From the IMG/VR virus record IMGVR_UViG_3300047160_018755, positions 64,001-128,000 of that record: DNA of 64,000 bases; one strand, given 5' to 3'. How positions within the stretch are numbered: the first letter of the stretch is position 1; every line of letters begins with the position of its first letter. Below the pieces are notes generated by a model, which saw only the letters and a list, made by a program, of their open reading frames with translations, did no database searches and had not been told where the DNA came from. Of the stretch, positions 38,987 through 48,023 are shown one piece after another. The position numbers were made by a program, and so were the translations under genes. The stretch comes from a virus.

Positions 38987-39058
38987 TGGCCTCTCTGTCA
39001 AGAGTCGAACTTGAATTCCGGCCTTCGCAGGGCTAGATGGGATCCACTCCCCAAAGAG
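38987..39058 (-). tRNA. tRNA-Arg(GCG), atypical D-arm junction
   Basis: CTCTTTG/CAGAGAG, loop CTGCGAA, CCA; lacks U8. Confidence 0.6.
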
Positions 39059-39059
39059 A

Positions 39060-39133
39060 TGGTACGAGATGCTGGAATCGAACCAACGTCAGCCGCTAAT
39101 CGGGCAGCCGCACTACCATTGTGCTAATCTCGC
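39060..39133 (-). tRNA. tRNA-Ile(GAT)
   Basis: Loop CCGATTA, CCA. Confidence 0.85.
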
Positions 39134-39134
39134 A

Positions 39135-39208
39135 TGGTTGCCTCGGATCGATTCGAACGATCGTCGCCGGTTTCAGAGACCGGAGTCCTGCCGCTAGACG
39201 ACAAGGCA
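39135..39208 (-). tRNA. tRNA-Gln(CTG)
   Basis: CCGGT-CTCTGAA-ACCGG, CCA. Confidence 0.9.
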
Positions 39209-39217
39209 ATGTATTTG

Positions 39218-39288
39218 AGCTACTGGAAGGAATTGAACCCTCATTTCTGCCGTACGAAGGGAGTGTCCTGCCGTTGAACGACAGTAGC
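39218..39288 (-). tRNA. tRNA-Thr(CGT)
   Basis: Loop TTCGTAC; one mismatch in the anticodon stem. Confidence 0.75.
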
Positions 39289-39293
39289 ATCTG

Positions 39294-39364
39294 AGCCGAT
39301 CGAAGGAATTGAACCCTCGTGAACTGCTTACTGGGCAGTCGTCCTACCGTTGAACGAGATCGGC
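39294..39364 (-). tRNA. tRNA-Thr(AGT)
   Basis: ACTGC-CCAGTAA-GCAGT. Confidence 0.75.
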
Positions 39365-39366
39365 AT

Positions 39367-39455
39367 TGGTGGGCTACCCAGGAATCGAACCTAGCTGGAA
39401 CGTAAAGGACGCCTGTGTTACAGACAGGCCCGCCTCCATAGCGGTCTAGTAACCC
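39367..39455 (-). tRNA. tRNA-Tyr(GTA)
   Basis: Loop CTGTAAC, long variable arm, CCA. Confidence 0.85.
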
Positions 39456-39501
39456 AAACCAGTGACATGAGCGACTATTCAATTTTCAGAGAATCTTTCG
39501 G

Positions 39502-39576
39502 GGTGACCGGTGGGACTCGAACCCACAATTTGACTGATTCACAGTCAGCCGTGTCTACCAATTTCACCACGGCCAC
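39502..39576 (-). tRNA. tRNA-His(GTG)
   Basis: Loop CTGTGAA, C73. Confidence 0.85.
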
Positions 39577-39578
39577 AG

Positions 39579-39649
39579 TCTGGGTGACAGGAATCGAACC
39601 TGCATAACCTGGTTCCGGGCCAGGGAGCTAACCAATAGCCTACACCCAG
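39579..39649 (-). tRNA. tRNA-Pro(CGG)
   Basis: CCTGG-CCCGGAA-CCAGG. Confidence 0.8.
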
Positions 39650-39682
39650 AGATCGGGGCGCACGGCGAGGTTGCGTGTCTTG

Positions 39683-39755
39683 CGCTGCTGGCGGGATTCG
39701 AACCCGACCTCACGCGATAGACAGTCGCGCAGCCTCACCAGATGCTTACAGCAGC
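39683..39755 (-). tRNA. tRNA-Asp(GTC)
   Basis: Loop CTGTCTA, G73. Confidence 0.85.
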
Positions 39756-39763
39756 AGAGCTTG

Positions 39764-39835
39764 TCGCACCCGCAGGAATTGAACCTGCGCGCCCGGGATT
39801 TCAATCCGGTGCTCTACCAACTGAGCTAGGGTGCG
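39764..39835 (-). tRNA. tRNA-Phe(GAA)
   Basis: Loop TTGAAAT. Confidence 0.85.
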
Positions 39836-39873
39836 TTCTCGATCGTTTGTGCCGGGCTTCCCGGCTTGTCGCT

Positions 39874-40014
39874 TTACTTGATCCCGGAGGGATCGAAGCG
39901 ATCGAGCGCACCCTGTGCTGGGCGCTGGTGTTGCTGATGGCGCGGATAACGCACGATCCGGCCACCGGTCGTAATGCCGGTTCGAATCGTGGTGTATGTG
40001 GTCGCGGTCAGCAT
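39874..40014 (-). CDS. Putative leader peptide of tRNA operon 2 (46 aa)
   Basis: MLTATTYTTIRTGITTGGRIVRYPRHQQHQRPAQGALDRFDPSGIK; shares TAATCTACTGAGNGTTCCA with the operon-1 leader. Confidence 0.65.
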   Translation of the reverse strand: MLTATTYTTIRTGITTGGRIVRYPRHQQHQRPAQGALDRFDPSGIK

Positions 40015-40147
40015 TGGAACACTCAGTAGATTAAGTCTGCCTCAGACGATCGTTGGAGTCAAGAAAAAAGAGGAGCCCGATCCTGTGGGCCCAGATTGTA
40101 CTTCTCTTCCCGTAGCCGTACGGGCTCCTCGTGTACCTTCTATCGAA

Positions 40148-40570
40148 TCACTCGCGCTTCGAGGGCGGAGATCCCGCGCACTCCAGGACCGCCCAGCACT
40201 CGTTCAGGAACGTCTGGACGTGATAGAAGCTCCAGTCGCCGGCCCAGTCGTGCTCCTCGAAGAACGTGCGCGCCGCGGCCTTGTTGTCGAACCACCGCAC
40301 GCCGCTCTCGATGCTGCCGGCCAGCTCCATCACCTCTTCCTTGGAGTCGCAGGCTTCCATCGCGTCGCAGCCGCTGCACGAGCCGTAGCCGATCGAGACG
40401 AAGCCGTAGCGGTCGCCGTCCTGGATGAGGTAGAAGAGGTCGCCCTGGTAGTCGCCCGCGCGTTCGTAGACGACGGTCTTACCGAGCGCGTCCACGATCT
40501 GCTCGTAGCTCGGGTAGGCCTTGCCGTAGTCCGTGTCGGGTCCAAACAGCTCTTCGTAGGTCTTGTTCAT
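40148..40570 (-). CDS. Conserved phage hypothetical protein
   Basis: GDYQG...GYGSCSGCD motif; GAGGA RBS. Confidence 0.7.
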   Translation of the reverse strand: MNKTYEELFGPDTDYGKAYPSYEQIVDALGKTVVYERAGDYQGDLFYLIQDGDRYGFVSIGYGSCSGCDAMEACDSKEEVMELAGSIESGVRWFDNKAAARTFFEEHDWAGDWSFYHVQTFLNECWAVLECAGSPPSKRE

Positions 40571-40629
40571 GGCGATCCTCGTTTTCTTTCTATCGAATCT
40601 AGGAACCGAAAGCAAGAACTATCGAATCG

Positions 40630-40701
40630 TGCCCCCGCCGGGATTCGAACCCGGAGCTTCCTGGTTTGAGCAGGCTGTCTGTGCCGTTGAACTACGAGGG
40701 C
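40630..40701 (-). tRNA. tRNA-Leu(CAA), short variable loop
   Basis: Loop CTCAAAC, A73, 4-nt variable region. Confidence 0.75.
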
Positions 40702-40702
40702 T

Positions 40703-40779
40703 TGGTACCCGGAGCGGGATTCGAACCCGCAACCTCCGCGTTCTGAGCGCGTTGCCTCTGCCGATTGAGCTACCCGGGC
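40703..40779 (-). tRNA. tRNA-Leu(CAG), short variable loop
   Basis: Loop CTCAGAA, A73, CCA, 5-nt variable region. Confidence 0.8.
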
Positions 40780-40784
40780 GTGAG

Positions 40785-40869
40785 TGCGATCGACAGGACT
40801 CGAACCTGCACGCCCGTTACGGGCACCGGACTCTCAATCCGGCGGGTCTACCAATTCCCCCACGATCGC
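40785..40869 (-). tRNA. tRNA-Leu(GAG)
   Basis: CCGGA-TTGAGAG-TCCGG, long variable arm. Confidence 0.9.
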
Positions 40870-40889
40870 GTATGTCGGCGCCGAAGCGC

Positions 40890-40920
40890 AAAAATGCTGT
40901 ACTCGCTTACGCGAGCAGCA
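40890..40920 (-). terminator. Attenuator-type terminator overlapping the Leu leader ORF
   Basis: TGCTG-CTCGC-GTAA-GCGAG-TA-CAGCA-TTTTT. Confidence 0.75.
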
Positions 40921-40951
40921 ACGACAGACGGGATAGCAAGCGGGTGAACAT
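40907..40951 (-). CDS. Leu-rich leader peptide MFTRLLSRLSLLLA
   Basis: 6 Leu in 14 codons; TAATCTT upstream; stop codon lies in the terminator loop. Confidence 0.75.
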   Translation of the reverse strand: MFTRLLSRLSLLLA

Positions 40952-41121
40952 TGGTACTCGGAAGATTACTATCGAATCTAGGGAATGTCTAGAACAAAAT
41001 TCCGACAACCAAGCCGACGCCGAAGGTGACCGCCGCGATGCACACGTAGTACATCACGACGGGCAGCACCCCGGAGTTCTGCGGCTGGTGGTCGCGGATG
41101 AATTTCAGCGGGTTGATCATG

Positions 41122-41904
41122 TCAGGGAGCGCCGACGATCGAATCCGCCATCACGTTGATGGCCCAGAAGTCGCTGGCGAGCCTCGGGTTCGTGAGGTAG
41201 GCGTACGGGATCGTGAAGTACCCGCCCATGCCCCAGCTCGCGCCCCAGCTGTTGCGGCAGACGAAGCGCTGAGTGGCGTCGTCGTAGCCCACGCAGAGGA
41301 CGGCGTGGCCGCCCATGACCCGCTCGCCCTTGGCCGGCATCGGGACGACGCCGGTCTGCGCGACAGCGTCACTCTCGAACGACTCGTAGACGGTGAATCC
41401 CAGAACGAAGGGCGTCTTCGAGACGATGCACGCCTTCATCGCGTCGAGCGTCTGCGGCACCGACTGGTAGTTGAGCGAGCGAGCCTTGAGAGCCTCGGTG
41501 TACGCCGCGGCGGAGGGCTTCGTGGAGAACGGGCCCGGATTCGCGTCGCTGTACGGCCAGAGCGTCTCGCTGCACACGCCGAGCGTGTTGATGGTCTTGA
41601 TGCCATCGCGGATCGCAGCGCCGGAGTCGGTCGACGTCGTGCCCTCCATGTCGCGCTCGTTGTAGTAGACGAACAGGCGCGAGACGAAGAAGTACGGGTG
41701 GAGCCCCTGCTTCAGAAGGTCGAACTGGATCGCTGCGGCGATGGCGTTCGCCGTGCAGCTGCCGAGCTGTCCCTGGTCCTGGATCTTGTGCGGACACATC
41801 TTCCGCAGGTCGAACTTCACCGGCAGAACCGTGCCCTCCGCCTTCTTGAAGACGTGGTCGCGGTGGTCTCGATGATCTGGCTTCCAGCCGTGCTTGCGTT
41901 TCAT
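41122..41904 (-). CDS. Papain-like C1A cysteine peptidase
   Basis: QDQGQLGSCTANA, GGHAVLCVGYDD, RNSWGASWGMGGY. Confidence 0.92.
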   Translation of the reverse strand: MKRKHGWKPDHRDHRDHVFKKAEGTVLPVKFDLRKMCPHKIQDQGQLGSCTANAIAAAIQFDLLKQGLHPYFFVSRLFVYYNERDMEGTTSTDSGAAIRDGIKTINTLGVCSETLWPYSDANPGPFSTKPSAAAYTEALKARSLNYQSVPQTLDAMKACIVSKTPFVLGFTVYESFESDAVAQTGVVPMPAKGERVMGGHAVLCVGYDDATQRFVCRNSWGASWGMGGYFTIPYAYLTNPRLASDFWAINVMADSIVGAP

Positions 41905-41912
41905 CGTGCTCC

Positions 41913-43023
41913 TCACTTCGCCCAGTCGGGCAGTCCGTTTTGTTCCGCGAGGTCTTCGACAGCGTACGCCGCCGCCTCGTACTTGTTCCCGAAGTAGGCT
42001 TCCATCGACGCCTGCGTGACGCCGATCTTGAAGAGGTCACGGAAGGGGAAGTGCACGATGGACTGCCACGCGTACTTCACCCACGACACGCCGAAGAAGA
42101 GGTTCGAGTCGTCCTGCGCGATGTGCACCCACTCGTGCACGCGAACGAACGGGTCGACGTCACCGGTCGGCTGCGCGTCGAGCGTCCAGTACCAGATCGT
42201 GGAGAAGAAGGGCCAAGGGATGGTCATCGCGCCCCAGCCGTGGTTCCACATGAAGCGGCCGACGGGGCCGCCGATCTCCAGCTCGATGACCCGGCTCTTG
42301 TGCGGGGGCTGGTTCTTGCGAACGCGCTTGATCCAGTTGAACATCAGTCGATCTCCAGTTCCTCGCCCTTGTCCTTGACCTCGATCTTCTCGGGCGCGGG
42401 CAGATCGGTATTGATGGCCTGGCGCTGGCGGCTCATCTCGGCCGTGTCGCCGCCGCCGACGGAACCGCCGTACTTCAGGGTCTGCATGTCGCTGTACGCG
42501 CGACCGCCGACGAACGCCGTGTAGATGCCGGTGACGCCCATGACGAGGTTGCCGAAGGCCGTCAGAGGCAGCCAGAAGCCGCCTGCGATGAGCACAGCCA
42601 CGCAGAACACCATCCCCGCGAACTTCTGGGACGAGAGGTGACCGAGGTCGAACCCCTTCTTGTCCTTGTTCTTGCCCATCAGCCGCCGAACACGATCTTC
42701 AGGAAGATGCCCAACGCCGCGAAGAAGAGGGACCCCGCAGTCGCCCCGACCTTGAGGATCAGCATCCGGCGCTCCCGACGCCTGGCTCGATCTGCTTCGA
42801 GATGCGCCTCAGCCTGCGCCTTGACCTTCTCCGTGGTCTCCAGCACAGTCACACGCTCGTGAAGCGACGCCACGGCGTCCAGCTTCTCCGCCAGCATCTT
42901 CACACCGTCGTCGATGCGGGTCTTCACGACCCCCAGATCGACCTTGACGTCTGTCACACCCTCTTCAAGGCGTGCGATGCGGTCCTCGTAAACTTCAACG
43001 AGCGCTGGGTTCTGGGGCGGCAT
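41913..43023 (-). other. Membrane-protein trio (41913-42344; 42344-42679 holin-like 2-TM; 42679-43023 coiled coil with C-terminal TM)
   Basis: Hydrophobic segments; late motif 6 nt before 43023. Confidence 0.5.
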
Positions 43024-43059
43024 ACACCCAAGATTGGGGTGCCGTTCGGGACAAAACCC

Positions 43060-44790
43060 TTAGGAGTCGCTGGGTACGGGGATCAAAGAGCCGTCCGCCT
43101 GGACCTCGTAGCCGAGGTGGTCGTAGATGCAGCGGACGCAGGCGATCATGCTGTCCTTCGAGGCGCGGAAGAAGCGCCCGATGAACTGCTTCGAGCCGCA
43201 GAGGTAGCACTTGTCGGTCTTCATGAGACCTTCGGTGGTGACCTTGGGGTAGCCGTACTCCTTGACCAGCTGGGACGGTGTCATGGCCGCCCCGGTCCCG
43301 GGCTGCGTGATCAGCTCCTCCTCGTCCCAGTCCATCGTCGACTCTTCGCTGATCACAACCCCGCCGCCTCCAGGGCCGCGTTGGCCTGGTCCTTGACGCC
43401 GCCGAACGCGAAGGCAGGGCCGGTGTGATTCGGGTCAGGATCCTGCCCCGTGCGGTAGAGGTAGTGGTGGCAAAACTCGTGCGCGAGGGCGCACGTCGAG
43501 AGCTTGTACAGCGTCGACCACGCCACCTGCGAGGTCTTCGCCTCCACCTCCGAGAGCCCCGCCACGCAGCGGCCGAAGTCGTCCTTCCAGGCCAAACCAG
43601 GCTTGCAGTTGAGCCCGGCGCCGCCGATCCAGGTCACGACCGGGGGCGCGTCCGTGCGCTTGTACGTGTCGTTCCAGATGATCTTGATGGCCTTGGCCAG
43701 ATCCGCGGCCGGCGGTCCGCTGACGGCGCCGTTCTTCGACTTGAGATACCAGACGACGCCGCCGACTCCGCCAGCGAGCGCGAGACCGATCAGAGCGAAC
43801 ACGAGCATGAAAACTCCTACTGAGCCTTGACTTTGGCTCCGTGCTTGGCGACGATGGCCTTGATGAGATCGGCGTGCAGCTGATACTCGACTTCGAGCAC
43901 CTGGAGCAGGGCCTTGTACAGCTCGTCCGTGAACATGTCCATCCCGCAGCGGTTGCACTTCGGGATCACGAACGAGGGTGGGACATTGATGAAGACCTGC
44001 GGGTAGTCCACGTTGTTGCTGCGGTGGATGTAGAACCTGCCGTCCTTCTGCGTGGGCACGGCTTTCCCGCCGCAGCCCTCCACGGCACAGTCGATCGTGT
44101 TCACAGGATTATCTCCTTCTGGCCGCCGAAAGCGCCACACTGGCTTCCACACTTTCCTCGGAATCCTCTTCGCCGGGAAGGGGCTTCCGAAAGCACGCGC
44201 TGAAGTCGAAATTGGACGAGCAGACCGTCACCGTGATCGTGTCCGCCCGCGGACCGTTCTCGACCCTGACCTCTTCCTCCTCGACCTCGAAGAACTCGGC
44301 GATGTCCGACAGAACCCTCAGGTCGACGTGGAAGTCGTCGTCTTGGATGACGTCCAAGTAGACCGACCCGTCTCCTTTGCCCACCCTCGCCCCCACGATG
44401 ACCGGGATCTGACAGGCTGCCGCGAGACCTGACACAAGAGCTTGAGGTGCGGCGGGGAACGAATCGTGGTACCGATGGATCATGTAAGGGGCCCTCCAGG
44501 TTCAGAGTCTAGCGGATCCGTTCGCGAAATGCAAGGGCCCATCGGCGCAAATTGCGCGGGAAGGTCTCGAACACCGCGTAACCAATGGGCTTTTTGGCCT
44601 TCATATACGCTTCCCAGCCAGCTTGCGTATAAACGACCATCCCGGAGCCCAGGACCATGGGCAGGGATCGGTCCGAAAACCCCGCCAGCGAGCGCGCAGC
44701 GCGCCACAGCAGCATCAGGGCGATGATCAGCGAACCCGGGAACAGGGCCAGGAAGACGCCGACGTGGAACAGGATGAGAGTCACCAAAGA
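43060..44790 (-). other. Hypothetical genes (43060-43356, 43353-about 43808, 43817-about 44104, 44109-44483, 44509-about 44793)
   Basis: Contiguous minus-strand ORFs. Confidence 0.5.
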
Positions 44791-44829
44791 CATCCTATCG
44801 AATCTTCCTCTGGGCGTCAAGGTCCAGAT

Positions 44830-44861
44830 AAAGAAAGGGCCCCTCCGGGGAGGAGGGGCCC
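44830..44861 (-). terminator. Terminator after the tail tube gene
   Basis: GGGCCCCTCC-TCCCC-GGAGGGGCCC then TTTCTTT. Confidence 0.75.
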
Positions 44862-44902
44862 AGTCCAGCAGCCGGGGCGAAAGGAGGGAAAGACCCGGTA
44901 GC

Positions 44903-45415
44903 TTACGTGATCGCGGGGAGGTCGGCCGCGGTGACGTTTTCGGAGTTCTGCGTGGACTCGTCGTCCATGCCGAGCGCGACGAAGGTGACGGTCAGCTCTT
45001 CGAGGTTGCGGGCCGAGATCGTCGTCGAGAAGCCGGTGCAGCGCACGTTCTTGAAGTGCGCGATCGAGTCCGGCAGACCGAGGGCCTGGCGCTGGCGGTC
45101 GTAGATGTCCAGCGTGAGGTACTCGGTCAGGAGGAGGTCCTGGAGCTTCGGCAGACCCGCTTCGACCCAAGGGCCGTGCTCGATGACTCGGAAGCCCGAG
45201 CACGTGATCGAGACGAGGTCCATCGACGTGTAGTCCACTTCCGCGGCGCCGAAACGACCCAGCACGTAGGCTGGCTGCGTCTCGTACGTCATGTTGTAGC
45301 TCACGTTGTTGAACAGACCCACGACGTGGCTGGTACCGTCATTCGGGTTGAAGACGTTCAGCTTCGCGCGGGCGCCCGACATCACTTTCGGGGCAGTTTG
45401 CTTGGTGGCGGCCAT
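44903..45415 (-). CDS. Contractile tail tube protein
   Basis: 170 aa directly after the sheath; VMSGARAKL...VLGRFGAAEVDYT. Confidence 0.75.
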   Translation of the reverse strand: MAATKQTAPKVMSGARAKLNVFNPNDGTSHVVGLFNNVSYNMTYETQPAYVLGRFGAAEVDYTSMDLVSITCSGFRVIEHGPWVEAGLPKLQDLLLTEYLTLDIYDRQRQALGLPDSIAHFKNVRCTGFSTTISARNLEELTVTFVALGMDDESTQNSENVTAADLPAIT

Positions 45416-45449
45416 GTGTTCCTTCTAAGTGAAAGATTGAGTCAGGTCG

Positions 45450-47981
45450 TTACGAGGACTGCTGGACCTGCGTGATGCTGAACGTGATCGGGATGAAGTA
45501 CAGCGCGGTCGCCGCCTTCACCTCGGCGCTCACCACCATGGCGGGGCCGGAGATCTTGATGACCGGGTTCTTGTAACCCTTCGGCGCGTCGTCGCTGAAC
45601 GCGATGAGCTTCACGCGGCGGAGGTTGTCCATGATGGCGTCGAGGACCGAGAGGGCCTGCGCCACCGTGACGTCCGCGAGGGACTGACCGACGAACGCCT
45701 GCTCCATGATCTGCGCCGTGGTGAGCGAGATGATGTCCGCGTCGTACACAGCCTGGATGCTGTTGTAGACGAAGTTGTTGTCGCGACCGTACGTCGTCTG
45801 GTCGGAGACGTAGCGGAAGCCACCCGTCGGCGGGCGCGCGATCGTGAGGAGACCCGCCTCCAGCGCCAGCTCGACGGCGTCGTCGTCCTGGTCGTTGAAG
45901 TCCCCGGCCGCCTGGAGAGCGCCCGAGATGTTGATCCCCTTGTTGAAGATCGCCTTGTAGAAGCCCGCGGCCTGCATGCCCGCGGCCTTGACCGCGTTCA
46001 TCCAGGGCTGGAACTGCGCGAGCGTTCCGACCGAGTTGTTGTCGCGCACGTCTTGGAACGAGAGCGAGCAGCGGAACGAGGCCAGCTCGCCGGCCGCTTC
46101 CTTCGCGTTCGCGATCGTGTCGCGGAGCGAGAGGAACGCCTGGCGGTTGCGGCGCTTCTTCAGCGTCGACATCTGGAGGACGTGCGAGCGGGTGTTCGCG
46201 TGCACGGCCGCGATGGTGTACGTCGACGACGGATCGGTCAGACCATCCGCGATGTCGGCGCTCGCGTCACGCGAGAACAGCGGCACGACGAAGTTGCCAC
46301 GAACCATCTTGAGCGCGTCGAGAGCTTGCTGGATCAGCGCGTCCGTGGTCGCACCCTTGGCGCCGCCCGAGAGGAACGAGACGCCCACCGTCGGAGCCGG
46401 GAGGCCCTTGATGTCCGCCTTGTTCAGCTGCGTGAGGAAGCCGTTGGCCGCGAGGGTCGTGAAGAACTTGTACGCGTCCTGCTTGATGCGGCCGGGGGCG
46501 ACGCTGGCGAACGTCGAGCAGATGCCGTACGTGCCCTGGTCGAGGCTCGTCGACGGCTGCGATCCGAGGACTGCCGTGCCCGGGGCGCACGTGAAGCCGG
46601 TGAGCGAGTCGAAGTACGCCGCGAGGTCCGCGATCGTCGGGTAGTCCGCGAGGACCGCCGAGAACGTGCCCGCGTTCGCACCACCGACCGCCGTGACCGT
46701 GAGGGTCACGCCGTCGATCGTCGCCGTGGCCGTCGTGCCCTCGTAGCCGATCTCCAGGGCGATGGCGCCGCCCGCGAAGATGTCGTTGACGATGTTGTCG
46801 ACCTGGCGCGACTCCGTCAGGTCCGCGACGTACTCCGTCGCCGACGTGATGAGGTTGCCGTTCGTCGAGTTGGTGATCCAGTTCACCTTCGTCGGAACGC
46901 CGTTCACAAGCTTCCAGCAGATGAAGTTGAGCAGGCCCGTGTGGCTCGACAGCTCGTCGATCTGGAGGCTCTTGCCGGTACCCGGGACGGGGTTGGTGCT
47001 CGCGAGGCTCACCGTGATGGCGCTGAACGTCTGGACGTCCGCCGTGCCAACGATGGCCGTCGCGCCCTTGGACGTCGGCGTGGTCAGCTGGTTCGGCGTG
47101 CCCGCGACGTCGAGGAGCTTCGTCGCGTAGATGGTCTTGCCCGCGCCGCCCGTGCCCGTCACGATGTACGAGCCGGCCGCAGCCGCGTTCGACGTCGCCA
47201 TCGCCGACGTGGTCGGGATGTAGAGCGTGTCACCCGCGACCGGGAGGTGGTCGAAGACCACCGAACGATCGATCTGCACGTTGTTGCCCGTGAGGACCGT
47301 GATCGCGAGCGTGCCCGTGGTTCCCGTCAGCGGGGACTCCGCCGCACCGCCCGTCGTGGTGATGCCCGCGATGCCCGCGAGCGTCGTGATCCACGTGGTG
47401 GGAGGGTCGAGGGCCGCCATGTTGGCCGCGTGCGAAGCGCCGCCGTTGAGGCGGAGGTCGACGTCGGTCGCCGCGATGGGGAGCATGAGCGCGAACGCGC
47501 CCGTGGTCGGAACAGCCTCGGACGTCTTCGCCGTGACCTGGAACGAGATCAGGTTGCCGAGCTTGCCGTAGGACTTGTCCTGGAGCGCGCCGACGCCCGG
47601 GGCGTAGCCCGTGCCGTACTCGGAGCTGTCCCAGTGGTAGAGGTGCGCCGTCGCCTTGGTCGACGGGTTGGTCTTCACGAGGATGAAGCCCGCGGGCGCG
47701 CCCTGGATCTGGGGATCGTTGGCGGGCACAGCGCCGCCGTTGAACGCGTCGACCAGGCGGCCGGACACGTACTTCGCCTTGACGTCACCGATCTGGCCGG
47801 GACCGAAGAAGTTGGACGCGATGTCCGTCTCCTGCGTGAAGTCCGGCCCCTGCTCCGCCTCGCCGACGAGCATGATCACGCCCGTGGTCGCGAGACCCGA
47901 GTTTTGCTGGACGACGTTGTAGCGAGCGTAGCCGCCCGGGATAGTCAGGACGCCAGCGTCGGTGGGGTAATTCTGAGCCAT
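45450..47981 (-). CDS. Tail sheath protein
   Basis: IPGGYAR...LVGEAEQGP N-terminus; FLSGGAKG; VSDQTTY...YNSIQ C-terminus. Confidence 0.88.
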   Translation of the reverse strand: MAQNYPTDAGVLTIPGGYARYNVVQQNSGLATTGVIMLVGEAEQGPDFTQETDIASNFFGPGQIGDVKAKYVSGRLVDAFNGGAVPANDPQIQGAPAGFILVKTNPSTKATAHLYHWDSSEYGTGYAPGVGALQDKSYGKLGNLISFQVTAKTSEAVPTTGAFALMLPIAATDVDLRLNGGASHAANMAALDPPTTWITTLAGIAGITTTGGAAESPLTGTTGTLAITVLTGNNVQIDRSVVFDHLPVAGDTLYIPTTSAMATSNAAAAGSYIVTGTGGAGKTIYATKLLDVAGTPNQLTTPTSKGATAIVGTADVQTFSAITVSLASTNPVPGTGKSLQIDELSSHTGLLNFICWKLVNGVPTKVNWITNSTNGNLITSATEYVADLTESRQVDNIVNDIFAGGAIALEIGYEGTTATATIDGVTLTVTAVGGANAGTFSAVLADYPTIADLAAYFDSLTGFTCAPGTAVLGSQPSTSLDQGTYGICSTFASVAPGRIKQDAYKFFTTLAANGFLTQLNKADIKGLPAPTVGVSFLSGGAKGATTDALIQQALDALKMVRGNFVVPLFSRDASADIADGLTDPSSTYTIAAVHANTRSHVLQMSTLKKRRNRQAFLSLRDTIANAKEAAGELASFRCSLSFQDVRDNNSVGTLAQFQPWMNAVKAAGMQAAGFYKAIFNKGINISGALQAAGDFNDQDDDAVELALEAGLLTIARPPTGGFRYVSDQTTYGRDNNFVYNSIQAVYDADIISLTTAQIMEQAFVGQSLADVTVAQALSVLDAIMDNLRRVKLIAFSDDAPKGYKNPVIKISGPAMVVSAEVKAATALYFIPITFSITQVQQSS

Positions 47982-48023
47982 TTTGGTCGATCTCCGTAAG
48001 GAAAGATTGTGACGTTGCGGAAC

